This document shows, in pieces, positions 46,577 to 55,507 of a DNA stretch of 64,000 nt (positions within the stretch are counted from its first letter, which is position 1; the number at the start of each line of letters is the position of its first letter). The DNA is taken from positions 1-64,000 of the forward strand of contig JBDRQF010000030.1 in assembly GCA_043826435.1 (NCBI GenBank), read 5' to 3'. The notes under the pieces are model-generated. The model did no database searches. It had not been told where the DNA came from and saw only the letters and a list, made by a program, of their open reading frames with translations. A program made the translations under genes and the position numbers. Source of the DNA: Elusimicrobiota bacterium (GTDB taxonomy: Bacteria; Elusimicrobiota; Endomicrobiia; CG1-02-37-114; JAHJSO01).

Positions 46577-47275
46577 ATGAAACTTTTCGTTGATTCGGCA
46601 AACCCGGAATACATAAGAAAGGTGAACGAGTGGGGGTTGCTTGGCGGGGTGACCACAAACCCGACGCTTATTGCGAAGCACTTTGAGGAGCATGTCCTGG
46701 CGGGACAAAAGTCAGGCGGGGAGCAGACGCAGATTGAAGTCCAGAAAAGGATACTGAAGGAAATCTGCGGTATCGCGCCGGTGGACGTCCTTGCCGAGCC
46801 CCTCAGCAGCGACTACAAAAGCATAATGGACGAGGCGATGCAACTGGTAAAAATTTCCCCCCAGCACGTGGTCGCAAAAATTGCGATGACCGCCGACGGG
46901 GTCCGGGCGGTGTCGGAACTGTCCGGGAAAAACATTAAGACGGCGCTTACCCTGATATTTTCCCTGGAACAGGCACTGGTCGCAGCGGTTGCAGGGGCAG
47001 ATTATATATGCCCCTTTGTCGGGCGGCTGGACGACACGGGTGTCAACGGGATGGACCTTATCCGCGACATCGTCACCATTTATAAAAATTACGGGTTTAA
47101 GACGAAGGTTGTGGTCGCCTCTGTACGGAACACAGAACACATTATTAAATCCGCTATCTATGGGGCAGACGCAGTTACCGTGCCTTTTAAGATTATAGAG
47201 GGTTTGTTTAAACACCCGCTCACAGACGTAGGTATAAAAAAGTTCCTTGAGGACTGGGCGAAGGTTTCAAAATAG
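46577..47275 (+). CDS. Transaldolase / FSA family
   Basis: GVTTNPT, PFVGRLDD, ASVR and HPLTD.G motifs. Confidence 0.9.
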   Translation: MKLFVDSANPEYIRKVNEWGLLGGVTTNPTLIAKHFEEHVLAGQKSGGEQTQIEVQKRILKEICGIAPVDVLAEPLSSDYKSIMDEAMQLVKISPQHVVAKIAMTADGVRAVSELSGKNIKTALTLIFSLEQALVAAVAGADYICPFVGRLDDTGVNGMDLIRDIVTIYKNYGFKTKVVVASVRNTEHIIKSAIYGADAVTVPFKIIEGLFKHPLTDVGIKKFLEDWAKVSK

Positions 47276-47292
47276 CACGGGGAGGCAAAACA

Positions 47293-47595
47293 ATGAGATG
47301 TCCAAAATGTAATGCCGACAACAAAGACGATGTAAAATTTTGTAAAAAGTGCGGGACACCGCTTGTCGTAAAACAAACGTGGAAGCCCACGTGGAAGTGG
47401 CATTTAAAAGTGTTAGGCATAATATACGTTGTGATTATAGCCCTTTTTTTCCTTATTAACTGGTTGCTGAGGGATTACATCAGGGAATTGCCGACGGACA
47501 TAACCCCGTGGCTTAAACAGGACAGGGATAAAGCCGGTGGGGAACGTGCAACCGTCGGCGGGACTGTCCCGGATATACACCAGAGGGTAAAATGA
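47293..47595 (+). CDS. Zinc-ribbon membrane protein
   Basis: CPKC...FCKKCG followed by one TM helix. Confidence 0.7.
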   Translation: MRCPKCNADNKDDVKFCKKCGTPLVVKQTWKPTWKWHLKVLGIIYVVIIALFFLINWLLRDYIRELPTDITPWLKQDRDKAGGERATVGGTVPDIHQRVK

Positions 47596-48578
47596 TTAAC
47601 AGGGAAAAGATTCTGCAACAGGCGAAGAGGGTGTTAAAGATTGAGTCCGAAGCGGTCGCAGGACAGGTGAAACACGTCGGCGCGGAATTCTTCAGGTGCG
47701 TAACGATGATAAACTCCGTCGTTGAGTCCGGTTCTGGCAGGGTGGTAATTACCGGCATGGGTAAATCCGGAATTATAGCAAGAAAACTCTCCGCAATGTT
47801 CTCGTCCCTCGGGGCGCCTTCTTTGTTCGTGCATCCGGCTGAGATGTCCCATGGGGATTTAGGCATGCTGACCCCCTCCGACATTTTAATAGTCCTGTCC
47901 TACTCGGGCGAGTCGGAGGAGTTGAAAAAGATTATACCTTCGGTAAAAAACATGGGGACGCCGATTATATCCATGACGGGCAGAAAAAATTCATTCATCA
48001 CCAGATTCTCCGACGCCATAATTGACGTTTCGGTTAAAAAGGAGGCATGTCCCTACGACATAGTGCCCACGTCTTCCACCACGGCAATGCTTGCCATTGG
48101 AGATGCTCTCGCAATAGTCATCGCAGGTATCAGAGGGTTCAAAAAAGAGGACTTCGCCCGGCTGCACCCCGGAGGGCTGCTGGGGAAAAAACTTAACTTA
48201 AAGGTCAGGCAACTTATGCACACGGGAAAAGATAACCCGGTGATAAAACAGAACCTCACCGTGGCGCATGCCCTTGACGTAATGACGAAGACAAAGTTAG
48301 GGGCTGTAAGCGTTGTTGACGGCAGGGGCGTCCTGGCGGGTTATTTTACCGACGGCGACCTCAGGAGGCAACTGAGGAAAGACAGGGACATACTTTCCAG
48401 GAAGATATCCGAGGTAATGACGGTAAGGCCGAAGCGCATAAAACCCGACGACATGGCGGACACTGCCGCCGGGATGATCAAAAAATACAACTGTGACAAC
48501 CTTCCGGTGGTTGATTCAAACGGCAGGCCGGTAGGTATAATAGACGAACGGGACCTGATAGTCGCAGGGATAATGTGA
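47592..48578 (+). CDS. kdsD: Arabinose-5-phosphate isomerase (KpsF/GutQ, SIS + CBS domains)
   Basis: GMGKSG, HGDLG, PTSST and HPGG motifs; CBS pair. Confidence 0.93.
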   Translation: MINREKILQQAKRVLKIESEAVAGQVKHVGAEFFRCVTMINSVVESGSGRVVITGMGKSGIIARKLSAMFSSLGAPSLFVHPAEMSHGDLGMLTPSDILIVLSYSGESEELKKIIPSVKNMGTPIISMTGRKNSFITRFSDAIIDVSVKKEACPYDIVPTSSTTAMLAIGDALAIVIAGIRGFKKEDFARLHPGGLLGKKLNLKVRQLMHTGKDNPVIKQNLTVAHALDVMTKTKLGAVSVVDGRGVLAGYFTDGDLRRQLRKDRDILSRKISEVMTVRPKRIKPDDMADTAAGMIKKYNCDNLPVVDSNGRPVGIIDERDLIVAGIM

Positions 48579-48659
48579 TAGTCGCAGGGATAATGTGATG
48601 GCAGGGGAGCGCGACAGGGCGTTGTTATAAATGCGTCGGTCGGTAAGGATGAAAGGGGG

Positions 48660-49214
48660 ATGTTGGTGAGAAAGAAAACAATCAGCAGGGGGATACTCGC
48701 CCGGGCAAAGAAGATAAAGATTATTGTGATGGACGTTGACGGTGTTTTGACAAAAGGGGAATTGATAATCCTGGACTCAGGCGAAGAGATGAAGATATGG
48801 GACATAAAAGACCGCCTCGCCTATACGATAATCAGGAAGTCGGGGCTGGGGATTAAGTTGGCATGGATAACCGGCAGGGAGTCACGCCAGGTTACTGCCC
48901 GAGCGAAAGAACTAAAGATTGATTATGTTTATCAGGGGGTCGCCGACAAACTGAAGCCGATTGAAGAAATCATTAAAAAGGGCGGTTACAGATACGAGGA
49001 CGTGTGTTACATAGGAGACGACTGGCTGGATATTCCCATACTGAAGAGAGCAGGGCTTGCAGTTTGTCCTGCAGACGCGGTTCCGGACGTTTTCAGATAC
49101 GCCCATCACCGCACAAAGGTTGAAGGCGGCAAGGGCGTGCTGAGAGAGGTCGCGGAAATAATACTCAAATCGCAGAGTGCATTTAACAAGGTCTTCGGGG
49201 GCTATGCGAAGTGA
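48660..49214 (+). CDS. kdsC: Kdo 8-phosphate phosphatase
   Basis: DVDGVLT, ITGR, GDD..D and GG.G..RE motifs. Confidence 0.92.
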   Translation: MLVRKKTISRGILARAKKIKIIVMDVDGVLTKGELIILDSGEEMKIWDIKDRLAYTIIRKSGLGIKLAWITGRESRQVTARAKELKIDYVYQGVADKLKPIEEIIKKGGYRYEDVCYIGDDWLDIPILKRAGLAVCPADAVPDVFRYAHHRTKVEGGKGVLREVAEIILKSQSAFNKVFGGYAK

Positions 49215-49328
49215 ATGCAACTTTTCGGCACATTAGCACTGCCCGGTGTTTAAATATTGCACACGGGTTGAGAGAAAATTAAACTGGTTGAGTTATCCAG
49301 TTTGTTCATAGATTAAGGACTGATAGAA

Positions 49329-50207
49329 GTGAACGTGAAAAGGTCCGGCCTTTACTGGTTTATAGTTCTTCTGCGGGCGATTGCGTTATGTTTGCCTTTG
49401 TCTGCGGGGTTAAAGTTAGGCGGCGCCGTCGGGCTGGCGGCGTATTTTCTTGTGCCGCGGTATAAAAGGATTGCATTTAAAAACCTGGCGCAAAGTTTCC
49501 CCGGAAAACCGCATAAGGAAATCCGCTCTTTGACAAAGCAGGTATTTATCAACCAGGGGAAGAACCTCTTTGAATTGCTGAATTTTCACCGGCTGAACCG
49601 GGAAAACATAACGAAGATTGTTGAGTTCAGGGGAATAGAAAATTTTAAGAAAGCGTTTTCATACGGCAAAGGAGTGCTAATATTTTCGGCGCATCTGGGA
49701 AACTGGGAACTTATAGGAGCGGGGCTCTCCCTGATAGGTTTTCCCATCAATGGAATCACAAGGAAGGTTTATATAGAACAACTTGAAAGGTTACTCTGGC
49801 GGTTGAGGGAGTCAGTCGGGATGAAATCAATAAGCCGCGGTGAAACGGATTCTGCCAAAGGGATTTTAAGGGTGCTGAAGAATAACGAGGCGCTGGCGGT
49901 CTTAATAGACCAGAATACGAAGGCGATTCCCGGTGTATATGTAAATTTTTTCGGAAGGAGAGCTTATACCCCGTCGGGATTAGCCGCTCTAGCGATAAGG
50001 ACGGGAGCAAGCGTAGCCCCGGTTTTCATGTACCGGAGGGAAGATAACAAGTGCGTAGTTGAAGCGGATGAACCCATTAAACCGGAGATGACCGGCGACG
50101 ATGAGAAGGACATAGCTGTCAACACCCAGCGTTTCACGGATATTATAGAGGAAAAAATCAGACGGCACCCGGAGCAGTGGGTGTGGTTTCACGAGAGGTG
50201 GGATTAG
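49329..50207 (+). CDS. Lipid A late acyltransferase (LpxL family)
   Basis: HLGNWE, DQ, FFG and PEQW.W.H.RW motifs. Confidence 0.9.
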   Translation: MNVKRSGLYWFIVLLRAIALCLPLSAGLKLGGAVGLAAYFLVPRYKRIAFKNLAQSFPGKPHKEIRSLTKQVFINQGKNLFELLNFHRLNRENITKIVEFRGIENFKKAFSYGKGVLIFSAHLGNWELIGAGLSLIGFPINGITRKVYIEQLERLLWRLRESVGMKSISRGETDSAKGILRVLKNNEALAVLIDQNTKAIPGVYVNFFGRRAYTPSGLAALAIRTGASVAPVFMYRREDNKCVVEADEPIKPEMTGDDEKDIAVNTQRFTDIIEEKIRRHPEQWVWFHERWD

Positions 50208-50732
50208 ATGGAAAGGTTTGGCTCCCGCTTGTTTTTTACGGCGTTGTTTGTCTTGTTCCTGGCGGGTTGCGGAGGTGAAAAAGCCAAGCCGGCGCAGGAT
50301 GTCCCCGGCGGGCAGTTCATCAAAAGGTTCACTGCGTTTGAATCAAAGGACGGAAAAATGAAATGGTCGCTTGTGGCCGACGAGGCGAAGGTTGACGAGC
50401 AGAGCAACAGGATTGAACTCTCAAACTTTTCCGTTGACTTTTTCAAGAAAGACGGGAAATCCGTTGAGGCCGTCCTCACCGCAGGTTCGGGCGAGATGGA
50501 CCCCGCCGTCAACAGGTTCCGCACCATAGGCGATTCGTTCGTGAAGACGGCTGACGGCGAACTCCTTGAGACCCGCGACCTTTATTACGACCCCGAAAAG
50601 AAGAAGATATACGGGGACTCGGAAGTAAAACTTACCCGCAGGGATGCGATAGTTACAGGCAAAGGGATTGAAGCCACGCCCGATATGGAATCGGTTGTGA
50701 TTAAAAAAAACAGGGTTGAAATAAAAAGGTGA
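50208..50732 (+). CDS. lptC: LPS export protein LptC
   Basis: LAGC lipobox; G..KW.L.A; beta-jellyroll pattern; synteny. Confidence 0.8.
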   Translation: MERFGSRLFFTALFVLFLAGCGGEKAKPAQDVPGGQFIKRFTAFESKDGKMKWSLVADEAKVDEQSNRIELSNFSVDFFKKDGKSVEAVLTAGSGEMDPAVNRFRTIGDSFVKTADGELLETRDLYYDPEKKKIYGDSEVKLTRRDAIVTGKGIEATPDMESVVIKKNRVEIKR

Positions 50733-51469
50733 AAAATAAAAGATACCTTTTTGTATTTGCAATCTTATCAATTTTGTACCCGTGTGGCGGGGAGGCTCCC
50801 GTTGGTGGCGGGGCGGCTCCCGTTAGCGGCGGGGTGGTTCCCGTTGACGGTAGGGTGGTTCCCGCTACCGGTGAACCGCAGATTAAATCCGACAGGGTTG
50901 AATTCCGCAGGAAAGAGAAAATAATATTTTTTGACGGGAACGTGCGGGTTACCCGTGAAGACAACATCATTCTTGCAGATCGCGCAGTGAAGGACGAAAA
51001 AAACAAAGTGATACAACTTTCCGGCAATATAAGAGGATTCCTGGTAAATGTGTCAACCACTGCGGGACAGTCCGGGGAACTAAGGGTCTTTGCGCAACAG
51101 GGGACGTGGGATATGTCCCTGGACAGGGTGGAACTGTGGGGAGAGCCGAAAGCCGTATATGCCGGAGGCGAAACGGGCGAGGTTACGGTTGAGTCGGAAA
51201 GGATATTCGCAGAAAACAATTTTGACACGTTCATATTTCATAGGAATGTCCTTTTAACTTATAAAAATTCTGAGGGAAAATCGCAAAGCGCCAGGTATGT
51301 TCCATCCAGCAAAATGATATCCCTCACGACGGCGGACAACGTCCTGCCTGAGTTAATACACACCGGGGAAAACCGGATGAAGTTTATTGCGGAGAACATT
51401 TCACTCTGGACTGATACCAGGCGGGTGCTCTGTGTGGGAAAGGTAAAAGCATGCAACAGGTTAAATTAA
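50729..51469 (+). CDS. lptA: LptA/OstA-family periplasmic LPS transport protein
   Basis: F.GNV.V...I.AD repeats; lies between lptC and lptB. Confidence 0.7.
   Translation: MKNKRYLFVFAILSILYPCGGEAPVGGGAAPVSGGVVPVDGRVVPATGEPQIKSDRVEFRRKEKIIFFDGNVRVTREDNIILADRAVKDEKNKVIQLSGNIRGFLVNVSTTAGQSGELRVFAQQGTWDMSLDRVELWGEPKAVYAGGETGEVTVESERIFAENNFDTFIFHRNVLLTYKNSEGKSQSARYVPSSKMISLTTADNVLPELIHTGENRMKFIAENISLWTDTRRVLCVGKVKACNRLN
50786..50869 (+). repeat. 21-bp degenerate tandem repeat x4 in frame in lptA
   Basis: ggcggggaggctcccgttggt ggcggggcggctcccgttagc ggcggggtggttcccgttgac ggtagggtggttcccgctacc. Confidence 0.9.
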
Positions 51470-52182
51470 AAGCGGACAATATTTCCATGAGTTATAGCGG
51501 GAAAAAGGTCGTTAATAATGCCAGCATTGAAGTGGGCAAGGGCGAGATAGTCGGACTGTTGGGCCCGAACGGCGCAGGTAAGACGACGATTTTCAGGATG
51601 ATGGTCGGCCTGTTGCATCCCGACGCGGGCGGTATTTTTTTATCAGACAGGAATATAACGAAGACGCCGATGTTTAAGAGGGCGCAGATGGGGATGTCCT
51701 ACCTCCCCCAGGAACCGTCCATATTCCGGAAACTGACGGTGGAGCAAAATCTGAACGCGATAGCCGAATTTCTGACGCTACCGGCTGAAGAAAGGAAACA
51801 CAGGGTGGAATCGTCGCTTGCGGAATTCGGGCTTACGGGGCTGCGCGGCCGCAGGGCGGATTTACTTTCCGGCGGAGAGAAAAGGAGGGTGGAGATAGCG
51901 AGGGCATTGCTTATGGACCCGGCGTTCCTGCTTCTGGACGAGCCGTTTGTAGGTATAGACCCGATTACCGTTTCAGAGATTCAGGACACGATACATGTCC
52001 TTAAGGAAAAATCAATCGGCATACTGGTAACGGACCACAACGTTCGGGAAATGCTTGAGGTGATTGACAGGGCGTACATAATATACGATGGGAAAATCCT
52101 CCTTGAAGGGAATGCGGGGGAATTGATACAGAACCCTGAGGCGAGGAGGGTTTATCTCGGAGAGAAATTCAGGGTGGAATGA
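51451..52182 (+). CDS. lptB: LPS export ABC transporter ATPase
   Basis: GPNGAGKTT, YLPQE.SIFRKL, LSGGE.RR and TDHNVRE motifs. Confidence 0.96.
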   Translation: MQQVKLKADNISMSYSGKKVVNNASIEVGKGEIVGLLGPNGAGKTTIFRMMVGLLHPDAGGIFLSDRNITKTPMFKRAQMGMSYLPQEPSIFRKLTVEQNLNAIAEFLTLPAEERKHRVESSLAEFGLTGLRGRRADLLSGGEKRRVEIARALLMDPAFLLLDEPFVGIDPITVSEIQDTIHVLKEKSIGILVTDHNVREMLEVIDRAYIIYDGKILLEGNAGELIQNPEARRVYLGEKFRVE

Positions 52183-52233
52183 TTGCGGGAGAAAGAAATA
52201 CGCACAGTTACTGAAGGGAGGCATTTGACGGAA

Positions 52234-52692
52234 ATGAAAATCACTGATTTTTTGTGTGACGAGGCGATTACCCTTGATTTGCAGGCGAAAGACAAAAAGG
52301 GAGCCATTACGGAACTTGTTGAGATCCTGGCGAAAGAAAAAAAGTGCAAGGACATCAATAAGGTCGTTAATGCCGTAATGGAGAGAGAAAAATTGGGCAC
52401 GACCGGCATAGGGCAGGGTATTGGTATCCCCCACGGTAGAACCGATACGATTTCCGAACTTACCGGGGCGATAGGCGTTTCAAAGGGCGGAGTGCAGTTT
52501 GACGCGCTGGACGGCGAGCCGGTGTACATACTGTTCCTGCTGGTATCCCCGAATGAGTCGGCGGGCCACCACCTGAGGGCGCTCGCAAGGGTATCCCGCT
52601 TGTTCAAAGACAAGTTTTTCAGGCAGGCGCTGAAGGACGCTACGACGGTTGGAGAATTTTTGAAGATTATCAAACAGGAGGACGAATATTAG
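52234..52692 (+). CDS. ptsN: PTS IIA (Ntr/fructose type)
   Basis: ERE.LGTTGIG.GIGIPH, FDALDG.PV and HL.ALA motifs. Confidence 0.85.
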   Translation: MKITDFLCDEAITLDLQAKDKKGAITELVEILAKEKKCKDINKVVNAVMEREKLGTTGIGQGIGIPHGRTDTISELTGAIGVSKGGVQFDALDGEPVYILFLLVSPNESAGHHLRALARVSRLFKDKFFRQALKDATTVGEFLKIIKQEDEY

Positions 52693-52694
52693 AA

Positions 52695-53648
52695 ATGGAA
52701 AAACTTAACGTTGAACGGCTCCTTAAAGAAACAGGAGACATATTGTCTATGAAAGTTCTGGCAGGGAGCAAGGGGCTTCACCGCCGGATAGATTCACCCG
52801 ACGTCAGCCGATTAGGGCTTACCCTTGCAGGGCACTTCGCTTATTTCCCGGCGGAGCGGCTACAGCTATTCGGGATGACGGAGCAGACCTATCTTGAAAC
52901 ACTTTCCGCATCCAAGAGGGAAACCACCCTGAGACAGTTGTTCTCCGCCTTTCCGCAGATACCCTGTATCGTCATCACAAGGAACATAGAACCCTTTGCG
53001 GAAATGATGAAACTGTGCGAGGAAAATTCGTTACCGCTCATAAGGACCTCTCTCAAAACCGCAAAGTTTATAACCGAGATTAGTTTGTACCTTGAAAATA
53101 AGGTGTCGGCGGATACGGCTATTCACGGGGTACTGGTTGACGTTTACGGCATCGGCACGTTGATTATGGGTGAGTCGGGTATCGGCAAGTCCGAGTGCGC
53201 CCTTGAACTCGTGAAGAGGGGGCATATGCTGGTAGCCGACGACGTTCTTGATATCCGCCTGCATTCCGGCAGCATCCTAATAGGCGCGGGCAATGATTTA
53301 ATCAGGCACCACATGGAGGTAAGAGGACTCGGCATTATAGACATCAGGGCTATATTCGGGACCGGGTCCGTCCTGGATTCAACAAGGATTGAACTGGTGG
53401 TTAAACTTGAGGAGTGGACTTCCGGTAGCGAATACGACAGGGTCGGGATGGAAGAAAAAACAATGAATATACTGGGGGTGGAGATGCCGCAGGTCATTAT
53501 TCCCGTAATGCCCGGCAGGAACCTTGCCGTCCTTGTTGAGGTGGCTTCGCTTAACCAGCGACTAAAACAGAAAGGGCATTATACTGCCAGGGAGTTAAAC
53601 AAGAAGTTGATTGAAAAGATGGCCTCCGGCCAGAAAGATGAAAAGTAA
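52695..53648 (+). CDS. hprK: HPr kinase/phosphorylase
   Basis: GESGIGKSE.ALEL..RGH.LVADD, EVRGLGI and PGRNLA motifs. Confidence 0.96.
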   Translation: MEKLNVERLLKETGDILSMKVLAGSKGLHRRIDSPDVSRLGLTLAGHFAYFPAERLQLFGMTEQTYLETLSASKRETTLRQLFSAFPQIPCIVITRNIEPFAEMMKLCEENSLPLIRTSLKTAKFITEISLYLENKVSADTAIHGVLVDVYGIGTLIMGESGIGKSECALELVKRGHMLVADDVLDIRLHSGSILIGAGNDLIRHHMEVRGLGIIDIRAIFGTGSVLDSTRIELVVKLEEWTSGSEYDRVGMEEKTMNILGVEMPQVIIPVMPGRNLAVLVEVASLNQRLKQKGHYTARELNKKLIEKMASGQKDEK

Positions 53649-53700
53649 ACAACCACCTTAAAAAGCGTTGCGAAGGCACTAAAGAGGTTAACGCCAGGAG

Positions 53701-54582
53701 ATGAAAAAAAATAATGTCCAGTTTTTTATAATAACGGGGATGTCGGGCGCCGGCAAGACGCAGGCGCTGAAATGCCTTGAGGACCTCGGATATTTCTGCA
53801 TTGACAACCTGCCCGTCGGCCTTGTGCCGAGGTTCGCTGATTTAATAACCGAGTCAGACGCCCGCATAAAAAAGGTTGCGATGGGTATTGATATCAGGAT
53901 TGTCTCAACGGCACTGACGCACAAAACATTCGCCGTGATATTCAGTTCAACCCTGAACCTCCTCAGGTCGCGCGGCATTGACTACAGGGTGGTGTTCCTG
54001 GATGCGGACAACCCCGTCCTTATAAAAAGGTTTTCGGAAACAAGGCGCAAGCACCCGCTGGGCAAGAATATTATATCGGGTATATCGGAAGAAAGGAAAC
54101 AACTCACGCCGATAAGGGCGCTGGCGGATAAGATTATAAACACGTCAAACATAACCCTCTCGCAGTTAAAAGAAACATTATCGGAACTCGTTGAAATAAA
54201 AGTAAGCAAGGAGATGATAATAAACGTCGTTTCATTCGGTTACAAATTCGGGTTGCCGCTGGATGCAGATATCGCCCTTGACGTCCGCTTCCTGCCGAAC
54301 CCCGCTTATGTTGACCGTTTGAAAAAATTAACCGGTACGAGCGAGCGCGTCAGAAAATTTATTAAAAGCAAGCGAATAACAAGAAGGTTCCTGAAAAAAC
54401 TATTTTCTCTCCTGGCATTTCTTCTTCCCAATTTTGTGAAGGAAGGCAAGAGTTACCTGACGATAGCCGTCGGGTGTACGGGCGGGAGGCACCGCTCCGT
54501 CGTGATGGCGCAGGAGATAAAGGAACACCTTCTCCGGAAGAATTATACGGTAAGGGTAGCCCACAGGGATATTGATAAATAA
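53701..54582 (+). CDS. rapZ: RNase adapter RapZ
   Basis: GMSGAGKT, DNLP, SFGYK.G, DVRFLPNP and GCTGGRHRSV motifs. Confidence 0.95.
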   Translation: MKKNNVQFFIITGMSGAGKTQALKCLEDLGYFCIDNLPVGLVPRFADLITESDARIKKVAMGIDIRIVSTALTHKTFAVIFSSTLNLLRSRGIDYRVVFLDADNPVLIKRFSETRRKHPLGKNIISGISEERKQLTPIRALADKIINTSNITLSQLKETLSELVEIKVSKEMIINVVSFGYKFGLPLDADIALDVRFLPNPAYVDRLKKLTGTSERVRKFIKSKRITRRFLKKLFSLLAFLLPNFVKEGKSYLTIAVGCTGGRHRSVVMAQEIKEHLLRKNYTVRVAHRDIDK

Positions 54583-54623
54583 TGCCCCGTAGCGTATTTC
54601 CTTGCGGGCATGCGGGAAAAATT

Positions 54624-55022
54624 ATGATAGGTATAATTGTCGTAACGCACGGTAAATTTGGGGAAGAGATGATATCTTCGGCAGAGTCCATAGCCGGCAG
54701 GGCGGAGAATATCAGGAACATACACCTGCCATCCGAGGAATCCCCCGAAGTGTTGAAAAAACGGTTTGAAGCGGTTATTTCGGAGATGGACAAAGGCGAC
54801 GGCGTACTGGTGTTAACCGATATGCTTGGCGGGACCCCGTGCAATATATGCCTGCCCTACACCCGCACGCACAGGATTGAGGTCGTAAGCGGCATAAACC
54901 TTTACATGCTTCTTACCGCAATGATCCACAGGGAAAAGATGTGCCTTGATGAACTTACGAACAAGGTCGTTGAAGCAGGGCAGAAGAACATAGTAAATCT
55001 GAGAAGAATTGTATGCCACTAA
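54624..55022 (+). CDS. Mannose-family PTS IIA
   Basis: VTHG, D..GGTP.N and G.NL.ML motifs. Confidence 0.9.
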   Translation: MIGIIVVTHGKFGEEMISSAESIAGRAENIRNIHLPSEESPEVLKKRFEAVISEMDKGDGVLVLTDMLGGTPCNICLPYTRTHRIEVVSGINLYMLLTAMIHREKMCLDELTNKVVEAGQKNIVNLRRIVCH

Positions 55023-55507
55023 TTCTGGTTCGCGTTGATGATCGCCTCATCCATGGCCAGGTCGTTGAGGGGTGGCTGAGGCACATTTCCGTTGACTGCA
55101 TAATCGTTATAAACGATGCCGTTGCAAAGGATGAGATGCAATGCGCCCTTTACGGTATGTCCGTTCCGACGGGTGTTGAGGTGCATTGTTTAGGTGTTGA
55201 AACAGCAATTAATGGTTTCAGAGAAGGATTATTTAACAGGAAGAATGTTATGGTTTTGCTCTCAAATGTCCAGGACACTTTGAAACTTGCGGAAGCGGAG
55301 ATTGGAATCAACTCAATAAATATAGGCGGACTGCATTGGACATCCGGCAAGAAGCAGATATTCAAGGCGCTTTCAGTTGACGCAGGCGACATCGCAGGCC
55401 TTATTAAAATACTCCGTCACGGCATAGAACTGGAAATCAGGATACTGCCGATGAACGATAGGATAGCACTGGATGAAAAAACTCTACTTTCTCTTTGGAA
55501 TTCATAA
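55013..55507 (+). CDS. Mannose-family PTS IIB
   Basis: RVDDRLIHGQV and NIGG motifs. Confidence 0.92.
   Translation: MPLILVRVDDRLIHGQVVEGWLRHISVDCIIVINDAVAKDEMQCALYGMSVPTGVEVHCLGVETAINGFREGLFNRKNVMVLLSNVQDTLKLAEAEIGINSINIGGLHWTSGKKQIFKALSVDAGDIAGLIKILRHGIELEIRILPMNDRIALDEKTLLSLWNS

Noticed and set aside
49233..49260. CIRCE or sigma54 site upstream of the LpxL-family gene
   Set aside because: Only a TTAGCACT half-site; the second arm and the -12 TTGC spacing do not match.
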